From assembly GCA_051313645.2 (NCBI GenBank), contig JBNRSN020000024.1:83080001-83144000 (forward strand): 64,000 nucleotides of DNA, in the 5' to 3' direction. Below the pieces are notes generated by a model. That model saw only the letters and a program-made list of their open reading frames with translations. It was not told where the DNA came from and did no database searches. Origin of the DNA: Centroscyllium fabricii. Its lineage: Eukaryota. The first letter of the stretch is position 1, and each line of letters begins with the position of its first letter. Position numbers and translations under genes: made by a program. This document shows positions 22,913 to 36,384 of the stretch, piece by piece.

Positions 22913-25900
22913 AATGTGTTGCATCCAGTAACTCCTTGAAACCCTAATTAGCACCTCTTTGTGCTGTTCAATCCTTCAAAAAATATGCATTCCATAAGTT
23001 GTGCGAAAACACTAAAATGAGACCCAAGTCTTGAAGTCTATTACATCCCATTTGGCATTAATAAGTACGCACTTAACTTATAAATATCCTTAATTGTTTA
23101 ACAATAAACACGATTGCTAAGCCTTGCTGAAATTAATTTTAGGGAGGGGGGAGAAAGTTGATATTTTTTAAAATAAAAATTGCATTGAGCCTTAAATGCC
23201 ATTCTAACATAATTTACAGTGGCTAATACCTTCCTGAAATAGTGGACACAGGAATTGCATATTCCTTACCAATGTACAGTGTGATCTCAGCCCATGAATT
23301 CATTTGGGCTGCTTCTTGAACTGAAGGCACTCTAGTTAAAGCTGTTGAACACCTGGCTCCCAGCCTTAAATCAGTGAATTGGAGCCTTGAGTGGGCAGCC
23401 TCTTGAATTATTTTACCTTTTGCCTGACTTTGAGCATTTGCTTCTTGTCACCGGATGAGGCCCATGCAGCAGCAAGCCATTCCCTTTCAAGTCTCTGCAA
23501 AGCCAGGCGGTGAAGGCTAGAGAGAACCGGCCTGCCTCACTTTTAATTGTTTGGGCCAACTGCAGTGCGGTGTTGGGGGGGTGGTCCTGGAGAAAGTTTA
23601 CGGCCCAGACCGGTATGTTTTTGACTAAAGCAGGACAGTAAGGGTGGGAATGTGTAAGAAGTCTATAATGGAGCATATGCTGTATTCATACTGCCAAAAG
23701 CCCTCCCGTCTATTCTGGGTACAATGATCAATTTGTATTAATTCTTAATGCATGAAACCCTTAATGCAAATAATCAGAATACTTGACCATAGAAGATACA
23801 AGCAATTCAACTCTGAATTTTGTCAAATTCTGGCAATCATTTTTTGTAATTTGAATCATGCCTCATGTTGTGGAATAGCCCTTCTTTGGATGGGGGATAT
23901 TTTACAAAACGATCATAGCAGTTACAGCACCGAAGGACATTGTTCTGCCCAACGTGCTTTTGTGCATGCTAGCCCCACATTGGAGCTATCTGCGCTAATC
24001 CTATTTCCTGCTCTTTCCCTGTACACTTTTTTGGGGGGGTATTTTATCTAATTCCCCATTAGATACCGCAAGTGTTGTTTAAGCGTAAAGCAGAAAAAGC
24101 CCCAGTTGCATATTTGTAATGGACAGTATTTAGCTTTCTAAGAAACAGATACACATCGACTCCCTTGTTCATTTAATACTGTGTGTTTAAGCACATCATT
24201 CCAGAACCCTGAGTTTAGCTATAGAGGAATGAGCTTGGAATATTGACATTGAAGAACTGCAATATCTGCACATTTCATTCCTGAATATAGTATGTCAGAA
24301 AGCAAAAAAAAGTTAAGTAAAATTGTCTTTAATCTCTTCTCTCTCTTGCCGACCCCCCCATTATCCACCAGGCAAGATTGTGTTCATTTTCAAGTTTTAA
24401 ATCCCCCCTCAGCCCACTAATCCTGTATGAGAAGGTCGGTGCACCAATTGCTCAGAGGGCAGGTAGTAGGAGATACCCCTGACCTCTGTCTACCTCCACT
24501 TGTCTCAGATTGCATCATCCCAAAGGCATGATTGGGAACTCTATGCACGGGGAATAGCGGACACGAAGCTGACCCCCTACAATATGATGCATTGGGTACA
24601 TCTGATGTACAGAGCTGTGGATGCTTGTGTTTTTATTTCTCATTGATACTAATCACAGGACATGTGAGTTGCTAGGTTACCACTTTACTGGCTTTCACTC
24701 CTGTGTTTTTTTTGGTTTTCATTGATGTTGCTTTACTTTGTCCAAACTTTGAATTTTTTATTGCAAAATTTACCTGATTTTTTAATTAAAACAGTTGGTA
24801 AAGGATTGTTTGTAAAGCAACAGTAAATTCGATATTTTTTACTGGAAAATTTCAGTTCATTTAAATTTATAATTTCTTTTGCAGACCAGCGCTGGCAGCT
24901 GTGGGTTTTGTGAAATATTCTTTTGTGTTAACATTTACAGTAATTACCGATCGCTGCTTGCTTTAACTGTTATACTCGGTCTTTTCTCACACATCCCCAC
25001 CTGAACCTTATTAGTTACATTCAATAGTCTTCTTGACACCTGGTGCTCGTGCGTGGCCTTGTGGTTATACATAGTTTTCAATAAGTAGGAAAAGATGACT
25101 TTTTATTAAAAACAGTGCACAGAGTTGCATTACAGTGCAGGTTTTCTACTGTTACCCACAGTTTATTGCTAAGGTTGTTCTCCGATTATAGGGAAAAGCA
25201 ATCGTTTAACTGGGTTGTCACGAAATAAGGTATGAATGCCTGAAAGCAGATGCGTTTCCAGGTATTTCGGCAGTTTCACAGTGTATGGTCCCCGCAGGCA
25301 TCTGTACCCTCTTTTCCCAGTGCAGTTTTTTTCCCTGACTTCCTGGTCTTGGCCAAACCGGGATCTGAAAGTGGTCCATTTGATTGTGCAAACACTAGCA
25401 ATCCCAGTACTTTAATAATGCATTGCTTAAAAGTTTTTTTTTTGTCTTATTTAAATTTCATAATTTAATCTTTTTTTGTCAAAATATTTATAGATTTTTT
25501 TGAGCTGAAATTGCAGTAGATTTTAAAAAAACTCCTTAAATTTTATTAATTGTTGGATTTTACAGAGTTCATGCCTTGCTTATTTTTTAAAAAAAAGAAA
25601 AAAATATCGGGAGAACAATGTCATGTTTTTATGAACAGTTGGTTGCCTGTAACAGCTGGGCAAGCAGTGATGAAATCCCAGATGTGGTGAGGACCGGTCC
25701 ATTTTTTCCTCTTGGTGTCCTACTTTGGCATAAAACATCCTGCTTGCAAAGCTGCAATTGTAGTTCCTTATGAGTCTTTCAATGAATTATGAACAAATTT
25801 TAGTCTGGAGATCGTGGCAAACACTAAAAGCTACATACAGTCCAAAAAAGCTTAAAGTACAAATTATGGTTGAATTGTTGAAAAGGTTTATACTTTTTAA

Positions 25901-25915
25901 ACATTTTCAAATGAA

Positions 25916-25921
25916 AATAAA
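25916..25921 (+). terminator. Candidate distal poly(A) signal of MED13
   Basis: AATAAA followed by a GU-rich downstream element at the end of the AT-rich block. Confidence 0.5.
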
Positions 25922-26649
25922 TAATTTATTCATAATGTTGGCGTGACCCTGTTTTGTGTCTTTATTTATTTCTCTACTTATTGCAGACTATCCAGGTTAG
26001 AGAGCGTATTGCATCTACCATGTGGAGGTTTCAGTGCAAACATAGCTGGCATGAATGTTTCTTGGTAGTATGACCTGAGTGGGGACTATACTGTGAATTC
26101 GGTCAGCTGGACCACTTGCTGGGGATGAAACTGTGACCGGAATCAGTAAGAGTGATAGTGACAGTCTGTTAGATTGATTTCTTTTAAATGTTTGTGCATT
26201 GTCAATTTTAGCCCTGCTATTTTGAGGAAGGCACTGAGGAGATCGAGGGAGAAACTGAAATATGTCAGTCATGAACTGTGCTTCATCTTACCCAGAAGAA
26301 ATGGTCAGCTTTGAGTTAGGTGAAGTCCAGGGACTCTTCAAACATGCCATTGGGGAGAGGGAAGTAACAATTAGTATCCATAACGGCTATCATTCTGGAA
26401 GGAAGTTCCTTTGACTCCAGGTGCTTGTTTTCCACAACGATGCATAAATCAGAATTAAAAAGCTGGCAACTGGATCACCAAATTACTGGTAGGGTAGAAG
26501 CGGATCGTGGAGGGATGCTGTATTTACAAGAAACAATAACACATTTAAAATAGATCAGTAATTTCTATTTGAGGTAGCCATTTGTACAGCGCCTTTCAGT
26601 TCCCCAGGTGTACTTTGGCTGCCCCACTGGCTATAATTTGCAGGGGGGT

Positions 26650-27418
26650 GGGGGCGGGAATTTTCCCAGCTCCTTGGAGGCGGGACTGCCAGGAAAATGG
26701 CAGAAACGGGGAGCGGGTACCAACCCCGCTCCCAACCCTCTGCCGTGCCATCTTTCCGGGAGGCGGGTCCCCGAATCAGGCAGGGACCTGTCTCGAGGCG
26801 GGAAGGGGATTCAAGACAATTAACTGCCTGTTAGCAGGCAGTTTTGAGGCTTTTCCCTATTTTATGGCTGCAAATACAGGCTTCCCACCTTGCCGGCATC
26901 AGCAAGGCGAGCTGTGGGTCTGCGGGGGTGAGAGGGGTCGAAATGGCAGCTGTAGAGGTGAGTGATGGATGCAAGTGTGGACAGGTAATTCTAAGAGGTG
27001 AGTGTAAAGTGTTGGAAAAAGTTTCCTTACCTTTGCTTCTTTCTGCAGGCATCAACCGTTGAGGATCCGGAGGTGCCTCATCTCATTCTCCGATGCAGCA
27101 GCCATCTGATTTCTGCTGAGGAGAGGTGTCTTGGTGAGCCTTTGCGCAAGGGCTCACATTAGAACAGAGATTCAGTGTTTGACAGCTTCTCAAATGCTGA
27201 CAATTCATCTGTCAATTTTTTCGACAGATGAAGCGTCATACGCTGACGTCATCTGTCACTGGCTTTCCCTTAATTGGCCGCTGAGCCTGCAGGGTGGGGC
27301 TTAACAATGCCAATCAAGGGAAAATAGCGTGGGTGCGTCCGATGTCACCGGGGGCGGGACTAGAACCTGGAAGGCAGCAGTCCCGCCCCCAACTCATCTC
27401 GGCTGGCACATTTTGCCC
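26650..27418. mobile_element. Degenerate GC-rich non-autonomous DNA element
   Basis: Decayed ends ggggcgggaattttccc ... cattttgccc; composition differs from the flanks. Confidence 0.35.
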
Positions 27419-27522
27419 TCTTGTTTTAACCCTGACACTAGAATGGGGCCATTCCCTGTGGAATCATTCCCTCGGTTTACCATCATTCACAATATGGCAC
27501 CTGTAACAATGCCAGTTTAGAT

Positions 27523-27572
27523 TAATTGTACATTAAAGGGGAAGAGGTAATTGTACATTAAAGGGGAAGAGG
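27523..27572 (+). repeat. Perfect 25-bp tandem duplication
   Basis: taattgtacattaaaggggaagagg x2. Confidence 0.9.
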
Positions 27573-28274
27573 AATCTATTGCATCATCATCATTCCCAAA
27601 CTCCTATTTCTTTAAAACTGGGTAGGGGTAGCCTGCATGCAAACGTGCAGATTTGCCCTTACAGCGACAGAATGGAGAAGGGTCCAGAATTGCCCATAGT
27701 TGACTGGTAAGTTTGGTGATTTAAATACTTGATGTCCTCTGTGATGTAAAGGAAATGAAGATAGCTCTTTTCAAATTTAGTTCATGCCTAAAGAAAGGAA
27801 AGGCTTTTCACGCTCCAGTCAATGCCCATGTATATAATAGAAAAATCCATGCATTGCCTTCTCAACCCCACATTAAGGAATACTAAATTCCTTCCCCACC
27901 TTCCTTTAAAAAAAAATGAAGCATTTTCCCTTCTTGGCTACAATTGATCCAGTTCCCTTTTTAAGTGCATCAATTATTTCAATCAACTACATTTCCCTGG
28001 GAGTCTTGACGAGAAGCTCAATCGACAGTTTCAAGAACTGCCAGCACAAGCTTAATCAATTGGCCAGTCCTAGTGACTAGCCAAGTGCCATAGTACAGAG
28101 CACCAGTGGAAAGGAGTTACATGTAGCAGTGATCTGTTGTGCAGGCAGAATTGAAGATGAGAGGGGAGGTAAGAAGCTCCAGTATAAGTTGGCCTAACGC
28201 TTATTCATTATACAAGTTACTTTGATACCATAATAATGTGAATAAAATCATTGAGCTTTGTTTTTTCTGCTATG

Positions 28275-28965
28275 AATCATAGAATGGTTACAGCTCAGGA
28301 GGAGGCCATTTGGCCTGTCAAGCAGCTGGCTCTCTCTAAGAGCAGTTCAACTTGTCCCACTCCCCTGCCCTTTCCCTGTAGCCCTGCAATTTTTCAGGTA
28401 CTTATTCAATTCCCTTTTGAAAGACATAATTGAATCTGCCTCCACCACCCATTCAGGCAGTGAATTCCAGAGCCTAACCACTCGCTGCGTAGAAAAGTTT
28501 TTCCCTCATCTCCTGCTCCTATTTCTTATGTTCTTATGTAGCCTTTGGTTCTTCTGTCAATCACCTTAAATCTGCGTCCTCTGGTTTTCGACCTTTCTGC
28601 CAATGGGAACAGTTTCCCTCTATCTAGTCCCCTCGTGATTTTGAACACCTCTATCAAATCTCTCAACCCTCTCTGCTCCAAGGAGGAGAACCTCAGCTTC
28701 TCCAGTCTATCCACAAAAGTGAAGGCACCCATCCCTGGAATCATTCTTGTAAATCTTTTCTGCACCCTCTCTCATGTCTTCACCTCCTTCATAAAGTGCG
28801 GTGCCCAGAATTGGACACAATACTCCAGTTGAGGCCGAACCAGTGTTTTTGTAAAGGTTCATCACAACTTCCTTGCTTTTGTACTGTGCGCCTCTAAAGC
28901 CTGTCCTGCTACCTTCAACGATTTGTGCACATATACCCTCAGGTCTCTGTTCATGCACCACCTTT
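28275..28965 (-). mobile_element. CR1-type LINE 3' fragment (intergenic)
   Basis: QKRFTRMIPGM...SLEQRGLRDLIEVFKI...TRGRRFKV. Confidence 0.82.
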
Positions 28966-29198
28966 AGTTTATATAGCCAACTGGAAGTTTAAAAAATGAA
29001 CAGAAGGGAGATGGAAAATGGTCATTCTTGTGTTCGTCCAAAGAAAAAGTACAGGGGAAGAAAATGTTAGATTGAGGTAAATGAAAGACTACAGTTATCA
29101 CAGATTGTGCCATTTCAGATTCTTATGGATTGACATAATTCAGGTAATTCTAAAAGATTTATGCATTGAACATCATCCAAAATGTAAATGGGTGATTC

Positions 29199-29204
29199 TT
29201 TATT
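29199..29204 (-). terminator. Candidate INTS2 poly(A) signal
   Basis: TTTATT on + (AATAAA on -) about 335 nt past the INTS2 stop, with GU-rich sequence downstream on -. Confidence 0.5.
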
Positions 29205-29538
29205 ACAAGTATAAGCTGCAGCTTGGTGGTCAGAAAGTTACTGTCAGATTATAGAAAGGATTCCCTCATGGAAAAAAGTGTACATTTAAAAACAAATCTC
29301 TCAGACAAGTCCAAGCTGGTCTAGGTCATGTGCCGACATTATTGCAATCCATTTCAGTATTCAGACAAATGTTGGGCTCTGCTGTGCAGCATAACCCCCA
29401 ATGCATCTGCTTCTGAGAAGTTGCAGTTTCAACTGTCCCAACACTCGCCCGTCACCGCAATTCGTGGCAGCTCACCACTAGATGCTGCAGCGGCTTTCAG
29501 CTTCTTGAGGCGCAGCTTTTCCTTCCTCGATCTGGATG

Positions 29539-29723
29539 CTAAACTCCAACAACAGCTGTGTTTATTATCTCTAGAAATGTTGCTTCAACACGCTGGCACA
29601 GAAGCACGTCAGGGTCCAAACTGTCGATAGGTGTGATAGTCTCGCCCTTTTTAATCCTGTCCGAACCTGCACTTCGGTAGAGGTCAGCTGTTACTTCAGA
29701 CTTCTCCTTTAGATACTTGAGAC
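29539..29723 (-). CDS. INTS2: Integrator complex subunit 2, last coding exon (stop TAG)
   Basis: tgcag|GT CTC; LKYLKEK...DSLDPDVLLCQRVEATFLEIINTAVVGV* resembles the INTS2 C-terminus. Confidence 0.9.
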
Positions 29724-29949
29724 CTGCATAAAATGTCAGATTTACCATTAAGTGAATAATCTGCAGTACTTGCCACAAGAGAGCCTATTGTTGAAATGTT
29801 TAAGAATGTGCTGCTGGAGGAACTGTCCAGGCTACAATGGCATTAAATCACTATTTAAAATTTCCAAGCGTGCCAGTCGCGTGCCAGTCAACTATCGTTT
29901 AGAACCACTAGACATGTATTCAGTCACAATCGCACATATTTCAAGATCG

Positions 29950-30400
29950 CATCCCAGCCGCACAGTGGGTAGCACTCTCTCGCTTTGGAATCAGAAGGTT
30001 GTGGGTTCAAGTACCACTCGAGACTTGAGCAAAAAAATCTGGGCTGACACTCCATGCAGTACTGAGGGAGTGCTGCATTGTTGGAAGTACTGTCTTTCAG
30101 ATGAGACGTTGAACGGAGGCCCCATCTGCTCTCAGGTGGATGTAAAAGATCCCGTGGCACTATTTTGAAGAGGAGCAGGGGCGTTATCGCCAGTGTCCTG
30201 GACAATATTTATCCTTCAACAAAAACAAATTATGTGGTGATTTTCACATTGCGGTTTGTGGGACCTTGTCGAGTCAAATTGGCTGCCATGTTTCCTACAT
30301 TACAACAGTGACTGCACTTTAAAAGTACTTCATTGGCTGTAAAGCACTTTGGGACATCCTGAGGTTGTGAAAGGTGCTATAGAAATGCAAGTTTTTTTTT
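29950..30400 (+). mobile_element. Deu-domain SINE (SacSINE1-like) with L2-type tail
   Basis: tRNA-like head, conserved core aaattggctgcc..tttcctacattacaacagtgactgcactt, tail gtgaaaggtgctatagaaatgcaag. Confidence 0.75.
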
Positions 30401-31046
30401 CCCAGTTAGGAGGTACCACCAAGCACAAGGCACCTCCCCCAAGGCTGGTGGTTTGCCTGTAACTGCTGCCAGCCAGAGTAGGAGTACAAATCTGGGGGCA
30501 GGCTGTCCCGCTGCCCTCCTCTTTCAGGAAGCAAGTGTTGCACCGGCCCCATTCCTACTTGTAAAGCAGCAGAAATGGAGAAAAAGCAGCCAGATATTCC
30601 ATATTGTATTTTTTTCTTCCCGCTTCTGAAACTAGCGACTCCTGTTTGGATGCATTTTCACGGCCTCCAGTATGTCACGCATTTTTGAGGGAGGTGCGAG
30701 TGAGAGGCATCAAGACTGAGCCTTATCCTGTCCCTGCACACTTTCCAGCGTACCGGCCGGTGATCAGGACCAGGAACCTCGACTGAATTTATATTTTTTG
30801 TTTCCCTTTCCAACCCAATTGTAGACCCCCAATTACTGCTCATCAACTGACCAAACCAGATTCCTCCTGGTCAGTGGGCTGTTCCTGTACTGACTTAATC
30901 ATGTTTTGGGTTGGGAGGGAGGGGGGTGGGGGGAGGTTGGGGCACTCAAAGCATTATCTCCACTTCCAATGTTTTGCTGCAATAACGGATCTAAAGTCTT
31001 ACTTTAACAATCAAATTATATAATGATATAGTTAACAAATACATAC

Positions 31047-31223
31047 GTGTAATGATGGGGTCAATATCCTGTGCCTGAGTGGCGACATGTGAGGCACAGA
31101 CCTGTCCGGTCTGGATCAATAATGAGGTTACGTCGTCATATAGTGGAGGAAAAGCTCGGCAGAAAGACACCAAGCAGGGCAACGTAGGCATGAAGAAAGC
31201 AAACCGCTTAGCCTGGGTCAACA
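31047..31223 (-). CDS. INTS2: INTS2 coding exon
   Basis: tacag|TG TTG ... ACA C|gtatgt; LTQAKRFAFFMPTLPCLVSFCRAFPPLYDDVTSLLIQTGQVCASHVATQAQDIDPIIT. Confidence 0.96.
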
Positions 31224-31497
31224 CTGTACAGGAAGAGAACAGTACAACAGTGAATAATGCTTCAAAGTTTATTTAGAACAGAGATCCTGAGATTTTACTC
31301 TGCAAATGCCACTGAAACCATCTCTAGCTTAAAACCTCTATCACAAACATTATTTTTATTGATACGACCAGTTAGTGTTCCTCTGAACCCTCCTAAACTT
31401 CAAACACCATCTGTATGTCTCTGCTGAGGTGTGATGTTGGAAGAGATTAGACTGCTCTCTCCCTTGTATATTATATGCTGTCTTTAAATGAACTTCT

Positions 31498-31625
31498 CTT
31501 TCACCTGAGGAAGGAGCAGCGCTCCGAAAGCTTGTGATTTCAAATAAAACTGTTGGACTATAACCTGGTGTTGTGTGACTTCTTGCATTTGTCCACTCCA
31601 GTCCAACACCGGCACCTCCACATCA
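31498..31625 (+). mobile_element. Penelope-like terminal fragment, family P2, with hammerhead core (31501-31537)
   Basis: tcac CTGAGGA a GGAGC agc GCTCC GAAA gc TT gtga. Confidence 0.75.
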
Positions 31626-32010
31626 TAGAACATAGAAGATAGGAGCAGGAGTGGACCATTCGGCCCTTCGAGCCTGCTCTGCCATTCAACGAGATCATGG
31701 CTGATCATCCAAACCCAGCACCCTGTCCCTGCCTTCTCCCCATATCCCTCGATCCCTATCGAGCCTGCACTGACATATTCAAATCCCCCTTATCCCCGTA
31801 ACCCGACATATTCAATCCCCCTAACACGGAGGGTCAATTTATCATGGCCAATCAACCTAACCTGCACATCTTTGGACTGTGGGAGGAAACCGGAGCACCC
31901 GGAGGAAACCCACGCAGACACGGGGAGAATGTGCAAACTCCACACAGATAGTACCTGAGGCTGGATTTGAACCCGGGTCTCTAGTGCTGTAAGGCGACAG
32001 TGCCGCCCGT
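31624..32010 (-). mobile_element. HE1-like V-SINE, long CR1 tail
   Basis: tRNA-like head, V-domain and CR1 tail. Confidence 0.85.
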
Positions 32011-32571
32011 AATACCATCATACAAGCATTTGCTCCACCTGCATCCTCAATGTTTAACGCAAGACCTACCACTCAAATGCATTCTTTTCCAACACCTCAG
32101 AATTGTGGAACACATTACCCTCCACCAGTCTTCACCATCCTTCAATCTGCAGACTTTTTAAATCCTGAGGAATGCCAATTTGTACTCGGGAGAAAACCCT
32201 GGAATCATTTAAGAACCTCATCTGCTCTCTTCAACCTTGGTAGCATCGTGTGCTATGGACCTTTTGTCTTGGTTTCTTACAGTGCTTTGGTGCACCCGTC
32301 CCATTGATGGATGACCTCGGTTTTAGCAGATTACCCTCATTTTGAATTTTTGATCTTGGTTTGGGCTTTCTGGAAAATGGGGGAGCAAATGACCGTACCT
32401 TCCTTCTAGGGGCAAATTCAACATTCAGCCCATGTTGGTCTTGCGCAGGCTCTGCAGAATGGTTCAGAGCTGCGACGTCAGGAGTTAGAAGATAGCTACC
32501 TACCCCCTTGAGGAGTTGAGCAAAGTAGCCCTTGCATGGAAAGAAATACAGGCATATGCTCAAAAAAGACC

Positions 32572-33182
32572 GGGGCGGGGGGGGTTTAACTCCCCAAAGA
32601 ATGGGTGGATCGGGTGGGAAGGAAGTTAAATGGTTAAAAAAAACTGAATCCCGACCCGAACCCGCCCACTTCTGGTTTTAACGGAGGAGAGATGGGGCGG
32701 GGCGGGGCGGGGGGGGGGGGGCGGACAGCCAACCTGCTCCCAGGAGGTGGGTCTCCCATTTAAATATAATGAGATTGGCATGCCTTAGATTTAACCAGAA
32801 TTTCAGATTTACCTGTGCCTGGTCATGTTTCTCAGGCATCAGAGAACCCGCCAGCTAAAGGAAGGCCAGGACTGCCAGATCCAGGAGATAAACCCCCCCC
32901 CCCACAATGATCCTCCGGCTGGCCCCGTTCGTCTCTCCAACACCCCCCACCCCCAACAAACAATCCCCCTCTGGTCCTCGATACCCACCCGATCCCTCCT
33001 CCCTGCGGCCTCGTGCTGCAGGCCCATCTAGCTGGCTGCGGGTGCGAAATAGGCCGTTGAAATGTTAATCAGGCCCCACCGTTAAATCTGGCAGGGCCTG
33101 CGGGAAACCCGTTATCTCGGGTTTCCCAATTGCTTCCTAGCCCCCCTGCTCCCAACCCGCCTCCCAATTAAAATTCCGGCCC
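32572..33182. mobile_element. Degenerate GC-rich non-autonomous DNA element
   Basis: Ends aaattaaaattccggccc; G/C-run-rich interior. Confidence 0.4.
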
Positions 33183-33279
33183 TAGCCCGTGATACATTTT
33201 ATGCTAAAAGTAATAAAGGAGATTTTTTTTCTCTTCTCTCCCACACGGCAGCTGTCTCTCATTCTGCCAGCGCAATTCA

Positions 33280-33612
33280 CACTTCATCTGGCGCCATCCT
33301 TTGTTTCTTAACCTGTCCCATTACCGCCTCCTCTTGCCTTGAATATCTCTTAATGTCTCTTTACTTCTCCTGCCTTCTATCCTATCACAGACCTTCCCTT
33401 TTGTTCTTTCAAGCCCTCCCCCCTTTCTCAGCCCCTAAAGTTGCTTTGAAATCTGCTCCATTTCCTGCTTTTTTCCAGTTCTGACGAAAGGTCATTGACC
33501 TGAAACGTTAACTCTGTTTCTCTCTCCACCGATGCTGCCTGGCCTGCTGAGTTTCTCCAGTGTTTCCTGTTGTTATTTCAGATTTCCAGCATCCGCAGTA
33601 TTTGGCTATTGT
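33280..33612 (+). mobile_element. Penelope-like terminal fragment, family P1 (longest copy), hammerhead core 33477-33513
   Basis: Pyrimidine-rich leader, then agtt CTGACGA a AGGTC att GACCT GAAA cg TT aact. Confidence 0.72.
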
Positions 33613-33655
33613 AAAGGATATGGTTTAATGTGTTACCAGCAGTAGGGGACCTCAC

Positions 33656-33761
33656 CTGTGAGTATTGTTCCCATGACATTGATGGACAAACGGGCTACAC
33701 TGAGAGACTTGGGTAATGCATACTGGATACACAAGTGGGACAAAAGCTGGATGGCAAATAT
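33656..33761 (-). CDS. INTS2: INTS2 coding exon
   Basis: tttag|ATA ... ACA G|gtgagg; IFAIQLLSHLCIQYALPKSLSVARLSINVMGTILT. Confidence 0.94.
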
Positions 33762-34356
33762 CTAAACAGAAAAAAGTCATATATTAGATTTTTTTTAAAT
33801 TAGCACATAGGGACCTGTGTATGCTGTTACATTTCATTACAGACAGTTAATGATCAATTCAAAATCTGATCAGTACAGTGGGTTTGGCTCAGGAACCTGG
33901 TGTTGGATTGAGCATAAACCAATAGGTCTCTTGACAGCTGGCACAGAGGAGACCTTCACTCTATCTGGAATGGTACAGTTTCAAGCTGAATTTTCGTGGA
34001 GTAAGAATCCATGGGACAAAACTGCTCTCAGTTCAACACAAACCAGCAATTACACCCGAGGCGGCAACTAGTGTGAAAAATGAAAAAACAAATGACACCA
34101 ATGTTCCTCCTAGGTTGAGGTTATTTGGGGGGGGAAGCTCTAATCTATAATAAACCTGTGCAATACCAGCGAGGGAAAGTTCAATGCCAACATTTCCACA
34201 CCTTAGCGAATGCAACAAACTTTAAAAAAAAAAAGAAAACTTAACATGCAGAGAGGCAGATCAGCATCTCTTACATCTGAAAGTAGAAAGCACCCAATTA
34301 CTCTGGTGGCAGTGGATTATTTTCCATATCCGTTTTAAATGAAGTTCATGATGGTA

Positions 34357-34845
34357 CAGGTTGAGCACCGTTAATCCGGCACAGCTGGGACCAGGCCCGT
34401 GCCGGAATACTGAAAAAGCCGAACGAATGAAGCTCTCCCGAGCGCATGCGCGGACCATTCAAAATGGCCACGCGCATGCGTAAAACATTGGAAATGGCCG
34501 CCGTACGTGCAGACCAGTCTGGACAAGCCCCGGAAGTTCGGGCGCGGTTGGAACCACGCCGTCGGGGGCCAGTGCGCTTTCGGGAAAGGCCCAGGGAGGG
34601 AGCCCGGTCTAACACTCCACGGGGCCCGAGCATCACAGACTCCAATTATTTCAGGTACAGGGTTTTTTGTAAAGCTCGGGAAGCGGCTAAGAGCGCCGCT
34701 GCGCACGCGCAGGCCAGTCGGGGATTGCGGACAACTCGCAACGGTGAGGAGCACCACTGCGCATGCGCCGACCACTCGGGGAAATCTGTGCCGGACGTCT
34801 GAAGCTGCTGGTTTTTCAGGTGCCGGATTAACGGTGCCCAACCTG
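34357..34845. mobile_element. Tigger-like MITE (type A)
   Basis: TA|CAGGTTGAGCACCGTTAATCCGGCAC ... GTGCCGGATTAACGGTGCCCAACCTG (right TSD reads AA). Confidence 0.85.
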
Positions 34846-35346
34846 AACAGTGGTTTAAACACATTTGATTCACAAACTGGTCGGAGGTGGGTTGAAAGCC
34901 ACGACTCTCCTTCTCCAGGCTGTCAGCCAGACTGGCTCAAGCCTTTGTCTCCCTCACAAACACAAGCTGACCAGAGCCATCATTTGCAAGCCACAGCTGA
35001 GTTTCCCCACCCCCTGCATTGCGAGGAGACTGGAGCATGGATTTTACGCTGGCGGCTCCTTTGCTGTAAAGTGGGCTCGGAGCTCATTTCCGCTGGAACT
35101 TTTCTCACTTTGCGGCCCGTGGTGGTTTTTGGGAATAGCCAGGTGTCGATCAAAGTGCCCATCTCAAGCACTTAAATTAAAATATTAATTTGAAAGTGTT
35201 CTGCACGCCATTCCGGAGTACAGGACGTCCGATTAAATCACACCCATGTAAAGTACGTGCAGGATCACTAGATGGCCTGCCATTCACGCACGCACACAGA
35301 GTTAGACAGATAGAATAATTACATTTATAGATAGTTATTGAATTAC

Positions 35347-35454
35347 CTGCTTCTCCAGTTGTGGTTGAGCCAAGAGTTCGGGAATGAAATCCAGACATAT
35401 GTGAATGGAGGGAATTCCAGCCACGGTCAGGGGCAGCAACTCACTTGGGTAACC
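35347..35454 (-). CDS. INTS2: INTS2 coding exon
   Basis: cacag|GGT ... CAG|gtaatt; GYPSELLPLTVAGIPSIHICLDFIPELLAQPQLEKQ. Confidence 0.94.
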
Positions 35455-35793
35455 CTGTGTAAAGATCACCCACAATTAATATTCTAAATTTACCAAGACA
35501 TGGAGCTAATGACCTCACAAAATTTTTCTGCACTCTGGTAATAAGTGGAAAAGGAGAAATAAACTGAGGTAGAGGGCCAGCCAACCTCTGCAGTGGCTCA
35601 CAGCCACTTCTAGGAGAGGAGCCGGCTGCAGTTTGCTGTCTGAGGAGAGAAAAAATCTTTAAGACTCAATAATATATTTAAAATTACAAATGTTACTGAA
35701 TACATTTATGTTTAACTTCCCAGGTTTCCCTAACCCTCCGCCCCCGAAGGCGCTGCCAGTTACCGGTTTATAAATCCACAGTGCCCTGTCTTA

Positions 35794-36384
35794 AGGCCCT
35801 GTCACACCTTGACGAATTAGCTAGCGCATGCCGACGTATGCAAATTTATCTAAAACGCTGGCGTTCGCTGAACTATCGATGTTTTTTTCAGTTTTTGGGC
35901 ATATAATAACGTATTCATAACGAGTTGGACGTATGCATAACGTATTAGTAACGTACACAGAACGTATCGATAACTTACAGATAACTTATACCAACGAATG
36001 CTTAGCGTGTTGTCGGCGTTCACAACTTATGCCCAACGATAGTCTAACTTATGCATAGCGCGCGGCAGCGTTTCGCCGACGATCACGTGGCTAGACATTA
36101 TCTCGACGTATTTTGACTTATGACTAACTTACAAGTAACGTGTGTCGACGATCGCCTAACGTGCCTACAACTTATGGCCAGCGTATGCGGACGTGTGAGT
36201 CATACGCTGGATAAGTCGAGAAATTTTGTGCATGCTCAAAATTTCTCGACTTACTCGGAGTACAACGACGTATGCCAGCGTGCTCTTAACGTATACAAAA
36301 CTTACCCATAACGTATTCGACGTGTACCAGCATTTTCGCCAAATTTGCATACGCTGGCTAAAACGTCAAGGTGTGACAGCCCCA
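35794..36384. mobile_element. PIF/Harbinger-like MITE, very CpG-rich
   Basis: TIR core CTGTCACACCTTGACG / CGTCAAGGTGTGACAG with further subterminal matches; TTA on both flanks. Confidence 0.75.

Larger units (their letters stand above)
19590..25940 (+). other. MED13: Probable long MED13 3' UTR (distal end uncertain)
   Basis: AT-rich, mostly repeat-poor sequence after the stop. AATAAA at 20103, 21710 and 25916; the last is followed by a GU/U-rich element (gttttgtgtctttatttatt). Confidence 0.55.

Noticed and set aside
25941-29190. Additional gene between MED13 and INTS2
   Set aside because: Only short ORFs and repeat remnants; no recognisable protein or consistent exon chain.
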